Source: Nitrospirales bacterium | GTDB taxonomy: Bacteria; Nitrospirota; Nitrospiria; Nitrospirales; UBA8639 | Length of the DNA: 64,000 nucleotides | Direction: 5' to 3' | NCBI GenBank assembly: GCA_963555755.3 | Contig: OY820905.2 | Coordinates: forward strand, 1,056,001 to 1,120,000 | Part shown: piece by piece, positions 54,228 to 64,000 of the stretch | Numbering within the stretch: position 1 is the stretch's first letter | Layout of the letters: each line of letters starts with the position of its first letter | Made by a program: the position numbers and the translations under genes | Notes under the pieces: model-generated | Seen by the model: only the letters and a program-made list of their open reading frames with translations | Database searches by the model: none | What the model was told of the DNA's origin: nothing

Positions 54228-54671
54228 ATGCGATTCTTTTTGTATGCCGATAACCTAAATCCGACACAATTAAAAAGACGGGCTCCAGAGCACAAGTTTT
54301 TATTTAAGGCCTATCTTCCCGATCACACGATAGGGTTCCCTCGCTTTTCCTCGCAATGGCGATGTGGAATGGCCAGCGTTCTTCCTTCACAAGGTGAACG
54401 CGTTTGGGGAATAGTCGTTGAATTGACCGACGAAGATTTAAAGATTCTGGATTCTTTTGAGGAAGAAGTCCCGGAAGGCGCCTACCGTCACCTTGAAGCG
54501 AATGTGGTGAAAGAAGACGATCAAAAAGAATTGGTGATCACGCACGCAGCCCATCCTATTGGGAAATTTAAAGTAAAAGATCATTATTTGGATTTCGTGG
54601 CAAAAGGGGTCAAACATTGGGAATTGCCTGATGAATGCCTCGAGATGTGGGATTTGTTCCGCCCTCGTTAG
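54228..54671 (+). CDS. Gamma-glutamylcyclotransferase family protein
   Basis: FFLYADNLN, VWGIVVEL..EDLKILDSFEE, YL..VAKG.KHW.LP. Confidence 0.8.
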   Translation: MRFFLYADNLNPTQLKRRAPEHKFLFKAYLPDHTIGFPRFSSQWRCGMASVLPSQGERVWGIVVELTDEDLKILDSFEEEVPEGAYRHLEANVVKEDDQKELVITHAAHPIGKFKVKDHYLDFVAKGVKHWELPDECLEMWDLFRPR

Positions 54672-54959
54672 GAGCCTGTCCAAGATTAGACTGATCGACT
54701 ACAGGGATGCTGGATTTGGCCAGATCTTTCGATCCTTTTCGTTGAATAGTCCTACTATTCGCCTCAAACGATCGAAACATCTGACTCAAACCAACACCCC
54801 CTCGCGACGATCGCTAATCTCAGACAAGCTCCTAGCCTAAACATATAGAGTGATGCGTAGCGCAAGCACTATTTTTGTTTTTTGACGCTCACCTATTTCT
54901 TGATATCAAAATCACGTTACGACACAACAATCAACTCGCCACCCTCGAAAGGAGTGACC

Positions 54960-55286
54960 ATGCCAAAGCCCAAATATCATATTATGGTATGCACCAATAC
55001 ACGCCCCCCTGGCCATCCCAAACCCTCGTGCGGATCAGCGGGATCACAAAATTTGTTGATGGCCTTCAACATGGGGATGATGGAACGGGGGTTCCAACCA
55101 GGCGAGGTTCTTGTCACGGGAAGCTCATGCTTAGGTCCCTGCGAGCAAGGCCCAACCGTCGTGGTCTACCCTGACGGCATCTGGTATTCTGAAGTAAAAG
55201 ATGAGCATGTGGCGTTGATTCTCGACGAGCATATCAAAAAAGGAACGCCCGTTGCTCAATTAAACCCTGATTCGGTATGGAGCTAA
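54960..55286 (+). CDS. Thioredoxin-like [2Fe-2S] ferredoxin
   Basis: HIMVCTNTRPPGHPKPSC, SSCLGPCEQGPTVVVYPDGIWY; AGGAG RBS. Confidence 0.92.
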   Translation: MPKPKYHIMVCTNTRPPGHPKPSCGSAGSQNLLMAFNMGMMERGFQPGEVLVTGSSCLGPCEQGPTVVVYPDGIWYSEVKDEHVALILDEHIKKGTPVAQLNPDSVWS

Positions 55287-55315
55287 TCTTCCATACTTGA
55301 CCATCGGACCTCATC

Positions 55316-55873
55316 ATGGCCAATCAACACGGCTCTCACTCCCACGAACATGGACAGCACCATGGCTCAACAGCTCCCGCAGAGCATAAAGCCCGTGGGC
55401 CTGCGGCCATAGGCTGCGGGATCATCACCTGTAGCGATACCCGCACTCCTGAAACAGACAAAAGTGGACAACTGATTCGAGAGTTGCTCACCAAAGAGGG
55501 GCATCGTATTGATGCGTATCATGTCGTCAAAGACGAACCTGCCGACGTAAAAAAACTGGTTCAGCAACTGGGAAAGCACGCGGCACTGGGAGCGATTATC
55601 ATCAATGGCGGAACCGGTATTTCTCAGCGAGACTCGACGTTTGAAGCAATCGACGGGTTGCTGGAAAAACGTCTCGTGGGGTTTGGGGAAATCTTCCGGT
55701 ATCTTTCGTACAAGGATATTGGATCATCTGCGATTCTCAGCCGTGCCACCGCTGGTCTCTATCAAGGAAAAGTGATTTTTTCTATTCCCGGCTCAAGCGG
55801 AGCGGTTCGACTGGCCATGGAAGCCTTGATCATTCCTGAACTGCCCCATATTGTCGGGGAAATGCAGAAATAA
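55316..55873 (+). CDS. moaB: Molybdenum cofactor biosynthesis protein B (MoaB/MogA family)
   Basis: ITCSDTR..ETDKSG, NGGTGISQRD.T.EA, GFGEIFR.LS, SRA.AG, PGSSGAV; His-rich N-terminus. Confidence 0.88.
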   Translation: MANQHGSHSHEHGQHHGSTAPAEHKARGPAAIGCGIITCSDTRTPETDKSGQLIRELLTKEGHRIDAYHVVKDEPADVKKLVQQLGKHAALGAIIINGGTGISQRDSTFEAIDGLLEKRLVGFGEIFRYLSYKDIGSSAILSRATAGLYQGKVIFSIPGSSGAVRLAMEALIIPELPHIVGEMQK

Positions 55874-55968
55874 ATTCTACGCCCATTTCGGATGTGAATA
55901 AAAAAACTCGTGACCCGTAAACCGTGATGCGTGATCCGTTGAAAAAACTTGTTTTCTCTTTTTACGCT

Positions 55969-57027
55969 TCACGCTTCACGAGTTTCCGGAACGAGAACAA
56001 TTTTCCCAAAGTTTTTTCTGGCGAGCATTCGTTCTTGCGCTGCACAGGCCTCCTCCAACGGAAATGTTGAATCCACTACCGGCCGCAACGTATCAGCCTC
56101 AATGAATCGTGTCGCTTCCACAAGCTCGTCACGAGTTCCCATGTAGGCCCCCATGATCGTCAACTGTCGAGAGTACAGATAGCGCACATCAATTTGGGTG
56201 GTTCCACCGGAGGTCGCCCCACACGTGACCAGCCGACCACCTCGCGCAAGTGATTTCAAGCATGGGTCCCACACGTCATGGCCGACATGCTCAATCACCA
56301 CATCGACACCATGACCGTGCGTGAGGGCTGTGACTCGCTCCCACACATTTTCGACAGAATGATTGATGACAGCATCGGCCCCTAACATTGTCGCCTTTTC
56401 CTTTTTGTCTTCCGCTCCCACAGTGCTGAGCACTCGTGCGCCCAACAAATTCGCCATTTGAATGGCCATACTCCCGACCCCGCTCCCCGCGCCTATGACC
56501 AGGACGGTTTCACCAGGCTGAACGTCGGCTAAGGTCTTCACCATATGCCAGGCAGTAACAGAAACTAAAGGGAAGGCCGCAGCCTGTTCAAACGTAAGAT
56601 TCGCCGGCAGCGGCAGGACATTCCTAGCCGGCACAGCTACGTACTCAGCATACCCGCCATGTCGTTGCGCCCCAAGAATGTGAAAGTGCGCACAGCGGTT
56701 TTCTTTTCCAATCAAACATTCGTCACAATTCTCGCAACTGATCCCCGGTATCACAAAGACGGATTGCCCAGGCACCAGATGACCCGAGTAGGCAGACCCA
56801 ACGGTATCGATCACCCCACTGACGTCGCAGCCAGAAATATGGGGGAGAGAAATTGTATAGTTGGGAATGCCTTGTCGAATCCAAATATCTAAATGATTTA
56901 GGGCACAGGCTTTGACCCGAACCAACATCTCTTCTGGCCCAATTTGAGGAACGGCGACATCTTCGTAGGTTAATTCTTCAGGGCCGCCATGTTTATGAAA
57001 GGTCACAGCCTTCATGATCGTTGGCAT
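55969..57027 (-). CDS. Zinc-binding MDR family oxidoreductase
   Basis: ALNHLD, CENCDEC...C structural Zn site, GAGSGVG, NFGKIVL. Confidence 0.9.
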   Translation of the reverse strand: MPTIMKAVTFHKHGGPEELTYEDVAVPQIGPEEMLVRVKACALNHLDIWIRQGIPNYTISLPHISGCDVSGVIDTVGSAYSGHLVPGQSVFVIPGISCENCDECLIGKENRCAHFHILGAQRHGGYAEYVAVPARNVLPLPANLTFEQAAAFPLVSVTAWHMVKTLADVQPGETVLVIGAGSGVGSMAIQMANLLGARVLSTVGAEDKKEKATMLGADAVINHSVENVWERVTALTHGHGVDVVIEHVGHDVWDPCLKSLARGGRLVTCGATSGGTTQIDVRYLYSRQLTIMGAYMGTRDELVEATRFIEADTLRPVVDSTFPLEEACAAQERMLARKNFGKIVLVPETREA

Positions 57028-57070
57028 GGCTTTCTCCCATATCAGATGGGGTTTTTGAGTTACATCACTG

Positions 57071-57252
57071 GGGGATGTTCAAAACCTGTCCTGAGCTTGA
57101 TCAAAGGAAGGTGCGCTCAGCAAGGCCGCAGGCGCTCACGGCCTTCGTAGTCAAAGACCACTTCGGCGAAGGAGGCTCGGCGAAGGCTGGGAACGCCGCT
57201 GGCTTGTCTGCCGAAGCTCCGGCGTAGGCTGACGCCCTTTTTCAATACTCCC
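57071..57252. repeat. Intergenic inverted-repeat element
   Basis: GGGATGTTCAAAA ... TTTTCAATACTCCC ends, internal GCAAGGCCGCAG and GGCGAAGG repeats. Confidence 0.5.
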
Positions 57253-58184
57253 TAAAAAAGAAGCTTTCCTTCGGCCACCATGACGGTCTGCCCCCCCACT
57301 TTAATTTCTTGAATCATGTCATCGTCTGAGAAGACGTGAACAAGAATCCGGGAAGGCCGATCGATTTCATACCCTTGCTCCATAACAATTTCAGTGGTCG
57401 GGCCCACATCCACCACACCATTCTTGACAAGATAGGCCCCAAGGGCACCGCTCGCGCTTCCCGTCGCCGGATCTTCAACAATTCCAATTGGTACGGCAAA
57501 CATCCGCGTATGTACGCTGGCCCAATCTTCCACCGTCAGGGAGGTAAACACCATAATCCCATTCACCCCAAGCCGTTCGCAGACCGTCTTGGTTCCAGTC
57601 AGGTCGACCTGAATCGACTTCACAGCCGTGAGCGTTCGAACAGGTACTATGACCACGGGCAAACCTGTTGAGATGATTTCAATGGGAAGGCGCGTATCCA
57701 AAATATTCGCCTTATTCAACCCTAGCGCTTGGCTAATTTCATATAGATCTTGAAGCGCATCAACCGTTCCTAAAAATTGCGGAACTGGCTGGGACATGCT
57801 CACATGTTCCACCTTCCCGTTCAAGACAGACAATTCGACGGGAAACACGCCAATATTGCACTCAAACATGAAGCGCGTGACTGGCTCCTGCAACGGGATT
57901 TTTTTCAATACACTCAGAATATAAAAGGTGCCAATGACGGGATGCCCTGCAAAGGGAATTTCCTGTGTGGGTGTGAATATTCGTAATTTGGCGAGGGCAG
58001 CCGGGTCGGTCGGCGGGACTACAAAAACAGTCTCCGATAGATTCATTTCCCGGGCAATTTGCTGAAACTCATGATCAGACAGGTCTTCAGCATCGGGAAT
58101 GACGGCAACGGGATTACCCCCAAAGGGGCGATCGGTAAACACGTCGGCCTTATAAAATTGTAGGCGCCGTGTCGGGGTAGACAT
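57252..58184 (-). CDS. PhzF family isomerase/epimerase
   Basis: [39 protein letters not shown]. Confidence 0.92.
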   Translation of the reverse strand: MSTPTRRLQFYKADVFTDRPFGGNPVAVIPDAEDLSDHEFQQIAREMNLSETVFVVPPTDPAALAKLRIFTPTQEIPFAGHPVIGTFYILSVLKKIPLQEPVTRFMFECNIGVFPVELSVLNGKVEHVSMSQPVPQFLGTVDALQDLYEISQALGLNKANILDTRLPIEIISTGLPVVIVPVRTLTAVKSIQVDLTGTKTVCERLGVNGIMVFTSLTVEDWASVHTRMFAVPIGIVEDPATGSASGALGAYLVKNGVVDVGPTTEIVMEQGYEIDRPSRILVHVFSDDDMIQEIKVGGQTVMVAEGKLLF

Positions 58185-58266
58185 AAGATTCGAAAATATA
58201 GGTAGGAGGTGGGTGTACCGTCAAGGAACGTTCAGGACTTGTTCAGACTAGCGCTAGTTAAACACG

Positions 58267-59505
58267 TTAGGCACTTAAAGGCAAGGCTTCATAATTAGAT
58301 GCTAAGGGGTTCCGGACATAATTTTCGACAAAATTCTTCAGTGTGCCATTTCGATACAGTCTTGTGTTCGCAAATTTCGTATCGATCTTATGGAGCACCT
58401 TTACCTTGACGCCTGTTTTTTGGATGAACTCCTCCAAGGTCACACCCATAATATCCATATTGGATCCGCGACCAGATTGCATGACACTTTTGGGAATGTG
58501 GATGCGCTTTTCATTCGTCAAACATTTCCGAATATCATCAAAGGTCAGGAGAACCGTACAATCGGAATCACCACCGAGCATCGCATTGGGCACATGAAGA
58601 AACCGCGCTCGTTTCTTTCGATACATATTCAAGATCTTATACACACTTCCAGCCATCACGACCGTATCTTTTTTCTCTAATTCCAAGGCATCGAACGCAC
58701 TCATGATTCGCTTTCGATTAAGAAAGGCCGTCACATATCCTTCCGTGTGAATCGTGGTCAAGTTTGGGTATCCTGCATCATAAATTCGCTCAGCCTCAAT
58801 GGGAAGAAACTTCCGACCTTGCCGCATGAGGGTCGTCGTATCATCTTTGAGACCACGAACGGGGGTAAGGCAGCCCATCCACAACACACAGGTTTGATTG
58901 ATTTTCGCAATCGTTTCCGCATCCTTGGACATGGTGCCCTGATCAAATGAGTAAAAATTCGCCGATGACACCGCTGGCCCATCTACGACTTTCAGGAGAT
59001 GCTTCACGGATGGCGCATGCGGCATGAGTTTTTCACGGTACTTGCTAAGCGTAATGACCGACAACTCAAAGTTAATCCGTCCAGGATATTGAGCCACGAG
59101 TTGATGAATTTTGGGAACGTGGACAAACCCGACTGTAAAAAATTGAATGCTTTTATCGGTATATTTGAGAAAGTCCTCGACCCACTCCATACATTTGGGA
59201 TGGAGAAACAAATCCGTCCACTCCATATATTCATTGCCACCCAAGCACCAAAACTGCATGGGATCGGTTGGCTTTGCATTAATGTAGTTGAGGATGAACT
59301 CCCAATCGTCCTGCGTGGTTTTTGGTGGGTCTTGGGTTTCACGGTAGGAATGATCCAGCTCATAACAAAATTCGCATTCCACAGGACACTTCTTCCCCAA
59401 GCTCAGCGGGATTTTTCCCCCATCCATCTCACGCGTCAGGACTTCTCGATACCCTTTGCCTTGAAGAACAAGGGTTGGCTCTAAGACTGGAAGTTCACGC
59501 CCCAT
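58267..59505 (-). CDS. Atypical radical SAM-like protein
   Basis: N-terminal CPVECEFC (CxxxCxxC); remainder not assignable. Confidence 0.7.
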   Translation of the reverse strand: MGRELPVLEPTLVLQGKGYREVLTREMDGGKIPLSLGKKCPVECEFCYELDHSYRETQDPPKTTQDDWEFILNYINAKPTDPMQFWCLGGNEYMEWTDLFLHPKCMEWVEDFLKYTDKSIQFFTVGFVHVPKIHQLVAQYPGRINFELSVITLSKYREKLMPHAPSVKHLLKVVDGPAVSSANFYSFDQGTMSKDAETIAKINQTCVLWMGCLTPVRGLKDDTTTLMRQGRKFLPIEAERIYDAGYPNLTTIHTEGYVTAFLNRKRIMSAFDALELEKKDTVVMAGSVYKILNMYRKKRARFLHVPNAMLGGDSDCTVLLTFDDIRKCLTNEKRIHIPKSVMQSGRGSNMDIMGVTLEEFIQKTGVKVKVLHKIDTKFANTRLYRNGTLKNFVENYVRNPLASNYEALPLSA

Positions 59506-59741
59506 ATAACATTATTCCTACTTTAAAAAAACGCTTTGCTTTGTATAAGAAATTGTAACTATTCAGGTATTTAGGCTGAAGGCTATGACTCATAATGCAC
59601 GACGTTTTGTATGATCAGGCATGATTACCCCTAAAAGCCTTCAGTCTATCCACCCTGAGAAGTTTCAAGAATTTCCGCTCATTGACACAAAGAATACGGG
59701 TTTGCCAGACTAACGGTCAGTATCCTTTGAGAGTCCAATCC

Positions 59742-60041
59742 ATGAGTTCTACAGCCTCATCTCCTGAAAGTAAAAATCAGGATTCTTCAATTCAGGAATC
59801 CATAACCCAAGCCCTGACTTTATTTGACTTGACGCCACCCTTCTCTTCAACAACTCTCTACCAACGCTACCAAGACTTGCTGTTGACGTGGCACCCGCAT
59901 CGGTATGCCAACATGACCAACAACCCAACCAAGTACATGAAAATGTACAAAAAAGGTGAGGCCATGACCAAGGAAATACGGTCGGCCTATACTGCCTTGA
60001 AAGAATGGTTAGAAAGCCAAACCGCTCCTTCCCCAGATTAA
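59742..60041 (+). CDS. J-domain-like small protein (HPH in place of HPD)
   Basis: ALTLFDL...YQDLLLTWHPHRY...KEIRSAYTAL; TTGACA at 59682. Confidence 0.6.
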   Translation: MSSTASSPESKNQDSSIQESITQALTLFDLTPPFSSTTLYQRYQDLLLTWHPHRYANMTNNPTKYMKMYKKGEAMTKEIRSAYTALKEWLESQTAPSPD

Positions 60042-60083
60042 CAACCCTACAGCGACACACTAGTTTACCAAAAGACAATATGG

Positions 60084-62051
60084 CTATTTGGACGCATGGC
60101 TGACCACCCGCGCCATCCCCGGCTCTCCGTCTTTTCCACCTTCAGGAGCAATTTTGGCGACAGGCCACGTGATCAAGCCAGCAACCGTGTCAGACTTGGC
60201 ATCGGCAGGCCTATGATGAGTGGCATAAATTTGTGGCAACCCGTTGGTGCCATACTTTGAAATGTATAGAAAGATCTGCTCTCGGGCATTGATACGCACA
60301 GCCCACGGTTCAAAATCATTCTGATAAAACTCTTCACACAATTGCATCGCATCCAAACAGGTGACGCCACCTGGTTCATTGAGCGTGTAATAATAATCAA
60401 GCGGCATATCGTATTCGTCCTGCTTATGAATCGTAATGCCGAACTTTTCGGGATTCCGAACCATCGGCGTATGACGATAGGCCACAAAGTAAAACAACTC
60501 GACGGAGTGGATGTTGGATTTATTGTTGAGTAAGAACTGTCGTGTGTCTTCCGCTTCTTCTCGTGTTTCTCCCGGGAATCCATAAAACGCCATCACATGA
60601 TTCCAGATCCCCACATTCGCCGCTTCTCTCAAATTATTTTCAATCACACTCTTCCGTGCATGTTTATCCATGAGTTCCAACACGCGTTCATTGGCCGATT
60701 CCATACCATAGTAAAGAGTCTTGCAGCCTGATTTTGCCGCTAACTTCCAAATTTCAGGATCTTGGAGAGTCTCCTCAAACCGAATGAGGGTGGTCCACTT
60801 GATGTCGACATTCTCATCAATCAACAATTGCGAAACTTTTTTAAAGAGGGCAGGGGGATAGGACTCATCGGCGAACAGGAAATGATCCGCATGATATTTT
60901 TCCTGTAACGCAGCAACTTCACGCACGACATCATGGGCTGGTTTGCCTCGATACTGATCAAAGTACCCTTGTCCATGATCGCAAAACGTACATTTCCCCC
61001 AATAGCATCCCCGGGTCGCAAGATAGGGAAGAATTCTCGTCGGGACGAAATAGGAATCGAGCGGGAACCCTTCAAAGTCCGGCAGAGGAAGGCTGGTGGT
61101 CTTTTCCGTATAAATTTCAGAGTTCGTCCGGACATGTCCCTGCTCGCGATACATCAAGTTGGGCACTGCGGCCCACTCACGGTCACCGGCCAAGGCTTCC
61201 AGCAGCCACAAAAGCGCATGCTCGCCTTCATACATAATGGCCGAGTCAAAAATTTCCGTAAAAAATGGCTCTTGCTTGGCAAGGTCTTCTTGCAATCGGG
61301 TAATCACATTTCCACCCACGGTAATATGAATGTCGGGGTAGGCTTCCTTGATCATTTTTCCAAAGGTAAATCCCGCGATGAGCTGCATTTGGGTGCCAAT
61401 AGAGATACCCACCACTTCCGGACGTTCTTTGGCCACTGAAGGCAACACCAACTGTTGACAGACATCGCGATACACATTCACTTGGGAATCATTGAGACAG
61501 GCATACACATCACTGGAAACACCCGGTCGATATCCTAAATTACTTTCCATGGGATAGTAGACAAGCGAGGCGGGAAAATAGGCAGCAGAGATGTACCGCA
61601 TTACGTCTCGAAAGACGTTCAACGCCCATTCAAGTTTGCTCGCGTCATAAAAATCTTCGCTTCGGTTGATGCGTTTCGCTTCATCCGCATTCTCAGCCAA
61701 TTCCATCACGTCAATCGACAAGGCTTCTTCCAGACATGCTTTTTGATCGATTTCCTTCTCCGTCAATCCACTGGTGGATTCTTTCGCCTTCAGTACCCGA
61801 AGTTGCTGAGCCATGCGAGCATTGACCCAAATCAAGAACATATCGCTGAAGAACAGTTCGTACATTTCGATATTGATGTCTCGCTGAATGACTTCATGGC
61901 CATTTTCACGAAGCACCGCCGTCAGGCTGGGAAGCGCGAGATAGGGAGCCGTCGGAACCCATTCCGGGGGGAAGAGCAGCATGGTCTTCACCTTCCGACC
62001 ACTCTTTGGCATCGAACTTGTTGTGTCAATCTGTATGATGGAAGAGGACAT
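60084..62051 (-). CDS. B12-binding domain radical SAM protein
   Basis: LLFPPEW..TAPYLALPSL, YEGE, TRGCYWGKCTFC, GMESANERVL.LMDK. Confidence 0.9.
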   Translation of the reverse strand: MSSSIIQIDTTSSMPKSGRKVKTMLLFPPEWVPTAPYLALPSLTAVLRENGHEVIQRDINIEMYELFFSDMFLIWVNARMAQQLRVLKAKESTSGLTEKEIDQKACLEEALSIDVMELAENADEAKRINRSEDFYDASKLEWALNVFRDVMRYISAAYFPASLVYYPMESNLGYRPGVSSDVYACLNDSQVNVYRDVCQQLVLPSVAKERPEVVGISIGTQMQLIAGFTFGKMIKEAYPDIHITVGGNVITRLQEDLAKQEPFFTEIFDSAIMYEGEHALLWLLEALAGDREWAAVPNLMYREQGHVRTNSEIYTEKTTSLPLPDFEGFPLDSYFVPTRILPYLATRGCYWGKCTFCDHGQGYFDQYRGKPAHDVVREVAALQEKYHADHFLFADESYPPALFKKVSQLLIDENVDIKWTTLIRFEETLQDPEIWKLAAKSGCKTLYYGMESANERVLELMDKHARKSVIENNLREAANVGIWNHVMAFYGFPGETREEAEDTRQFLLNNKSNIHSVELFYFVAYRHTPMVRNPEKFGITIHKQDEYDMPLDYYYTLNEPGGVTCLDAMQLCEEFYQNDFEPWAVRINAREQIFLYISKYGTNGLPQIYATHHRPADAKSDTVAGLITWPVAKIAPEGGKDGEPGMARVVSHASK

Positions 62052-62056
62052 GGTTT

Positions 62057-63952
62057 TTATACTTTCGCCAATTCTTGGCCCTTTTCATCTGGGGTAATTC
62101 GAAATTGGAGGGCCGGAAGTTTGTTCGTGCTGAAATAGGCCACATATAAAAACACATATTCACGGATAAAAATCTTCAAGTCCCACCCGGCATAGTGATT
62201 TTGTTCAAATTCCTCGAACACACGTTCGGCATCTTCAATACTTAACCCATCTTTCACCGTAAAATAGTAATCCAGCGCCAGATCCCATTCAGGGTTGGCA
62301 TAGAACGTCACTCCCCATTTTTCAGCATTCTTCGCCACCGGGGTATGCTTGCTCAGGTCGAAAGTCCCAAATCCAATAGAATGGACATGCTCTTTATTGT
62401 CTTCCAAGAATTGCATGGAAAATTTGGCATCTTCGTACCGTTCCCCTGGAAACCCAAAGAATCCCATGACGTGATTCCACACACCATGTGTAGAAGACAA
62501 CTCCATGCTTCGTTGAATCACATCCGTCGTCGTCGCCTTATCCATTAATTTGAGCACTCGCTCGCTGCCTGATTCATATCCAAAATGGAGGAATTTGCAG
62601 CCTGAATCCTGAGCATCCTGCCACACTTCATCATCCAATAAACTCTCTTCGAACCGCATGTGCGTGGTCCAGGCAATGCCCATTTGTTCTTCTTTCAACG
62701 CGCGCGTGAGCTTGCGGAACAGGGCTGGGGGATAGGACTCATCCGTAAAGTGGAACATATAGGTCTGATATTTATCGCGGAGAAATCGTACTTCTTCGAT
62801 GACCTCCTGAATCTTCTTCGTCCGATACCCGGCTGTGTATCCTTCCCCATGATCACAAAACTCGCACCGTCCCCAATAGCATCCGCGCGTGGCAAGATAG
62901 GGAAGGATGGGTTCTGGCACGAAATATTTTTCGAGCGGCAACCCGTCAAAATCCGGTGGCGGCAAATCGGACATATTTTCAGAAGAGGTGACCGGAGACG
63001 TATGGAGGCCGGAATCATCACGCCACAGCAGATTGGGAATTTCATTAAAATCACGATCCGTTCCAACGGCTTCGATTAGCTGCAAGAAGGCGGTTTCGCC
63101 CTCATATACGACAGCGCTGTCAAAAAGTGCGAATAATTGAGGCGAATTGGGAAACACATCTCGCAACCGCGTGACGGTATTTCCGCCAATGGTTATATGG
63201 ATGTTCGGAAATTGCTCTTTTATCATGGCGCAAAATGTCATCGTGGAAAACAATTGCTGTCGTAACACGATAGAGATACCAATGATGTCTGGCTGTTCCT
63301 CAATGATGGCAGGTTTCAAAATATGTTCAAACACATCTCGATACACATTGACTTGGGCATCTTCCACAGCGGCAAGGACTTCCGAAGATATAAAAATTTT
63401 ATATGAAAGATCCGTCTCCATCGGCGGCATACAAATACGGGCAGGAGAATAGACAAGAGAAATTGTCGCGGTCACTTCGCGGAAAATATTGATGGCCCAC
63501 TCAAGTTTATCAACATCATAAAACTCTGGTGACCGAACGATCGCCTTGGCTTGCTCTGCCTTCTCGCTCAGCTCGGCAATGCTTGAACGTGTGCATTCGC
63601 ACAAGGCCATTTGCAATTCTGTTTCGGCATCAGTCAACCCACGGTCCCGGCCGATTCGTTTAAGCCGGTCGAGTTGTTGAGGAACACGCTTGAGCACGCG
63701 CTTTAAGAAATCAGCGCTAAAAAACCAATCGTACATTTCCAAATTGACGTCTTTTTGAACCACCTCGTGGCCAGCCCGTCGAAGAAAAGCTGTCAACGTC
63801 GGCAGACTGAGATAGGGTTCGGAAGGATACCAATCTGGAGGGAAGACCAGCATGACCTTTTTCTTGGGTCCGCTTTCCGCTTGAGATTCTTTTCGACGAA
63901 GCTGTAGGAGCTGCGGGCTCAGCAGTCCGCCTTTATCATAGTCAATTATCAT
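62057..63952 (-). CDS. B12-binding domain radical SAM protein (paralog of the downstream gene)
   Basis: VFPPDW..SEPYLSLPTL, YEGE, TRGCYWGRCEFC, GYESGSERVL.LMDK; start uncertain near window edge. Confidence 0.9.
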   Translation of the reverse strand: MIIDYDKGGLLSPQLLQLRRKESQAESGPKKKVMLVFPPDWYPSEPYLSLPTLTAFLRRAGHEVVQKDVNLEMYDWFFSADFLKRVLKRVPQQLDRLKRIGRDRGLTDAETELQMALCECTRSSIAELSEKAEQAKAIVRSPEFYDVDKLEWAINIFREVTATISLVYSPARICMPPMETDLSYKIFISSEVLAAVEDAQVNVYRDVFEHILKPAIIEEQPDIIGISIVLRQQLFSTMTFCAMIKEQFPNIHITIGGNTVTRLRDVFPNSPQLFALFDSAVVYEGETAFLQLIEAVGTDRDFNEIPNLLWRDDSGLHTSPVTSSENMSDLPPPDFDGLPLEKYFVPEPILPYLATRGCYWGRCEFCDHGEGYTAGYRTKKIQEVIEEVRFLRDKYQTYMFHFTDESYPPALFRKLTRALKEEQMGIAWTTHMRFEESLLDDEVWQDAQDSGCKFLHFGYESGSERVLKLMDKATTTDVIQRSMELSSTHGVWNHVMGFFGFPGERYEDAKFSMQFLEDNKEHVHSIGFGTFDLSKHTPVAKNAEKWGVTFYANPEWDLALDYYFTVKDGLSIEDAERVFEEFEQNHYAGWDLKIFIREYVFLYVAYFSTNKLPALQFRITPDEKGQELAKV

Positions 63953-64000
63953 GTTAATCCTTTGCAAAAATGTTTCACGGAAAGGAGGCAAAGCCCTTCC

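Noticed and set aside
55909..55981. CGTGA/TCACG heptamer repeats between convergent genes
   Set aside because: Short low-complexity hairpin that probably acts as a terminator; no further evidence of function.

Overview
Bacterial chromosomal window; gene content and intergenic repeats suggest a Nitrospirota (Nitrospira-like) genome, which is an inference. Housekeeping and envelope genes include an ACT-domain malic enzyme, ampG, secA, a TonB/ExbBD and metal-handling cluster, HpnM/MlaA/HpnN-like lipid transporters, RRM, HIT, MoaB, PhzF and three radical SAM enzymes. Mobile DNA is dense: an intact IS1595, two DUF4338-ISAs1 elements bracketing a chorismatase cargo as an apparent composite transposon, IS1380 and IS481 remnants, and at least six families of small inverted-repeat elements, several nested. 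The main candidate for an undescribed system is a ~14 kb island (35.6-49.9 kb) bounded by a duplicated gene 3' end. It encodes a carbamoyltransferase-N-methyltransferase fusion (now inactivated), a hybrid kinase whose input is a cysteine-hydrolase-fold domain lacking the catalytic Asp, and two complementary half-kinases, which together suggest a signal synthase/receptor circuit. Other highlights are two RGPP-motif (DUF2946-like) leader ORFs and a 163-bp MITE inserted in frame in an MlaC/HpnM-like gene.
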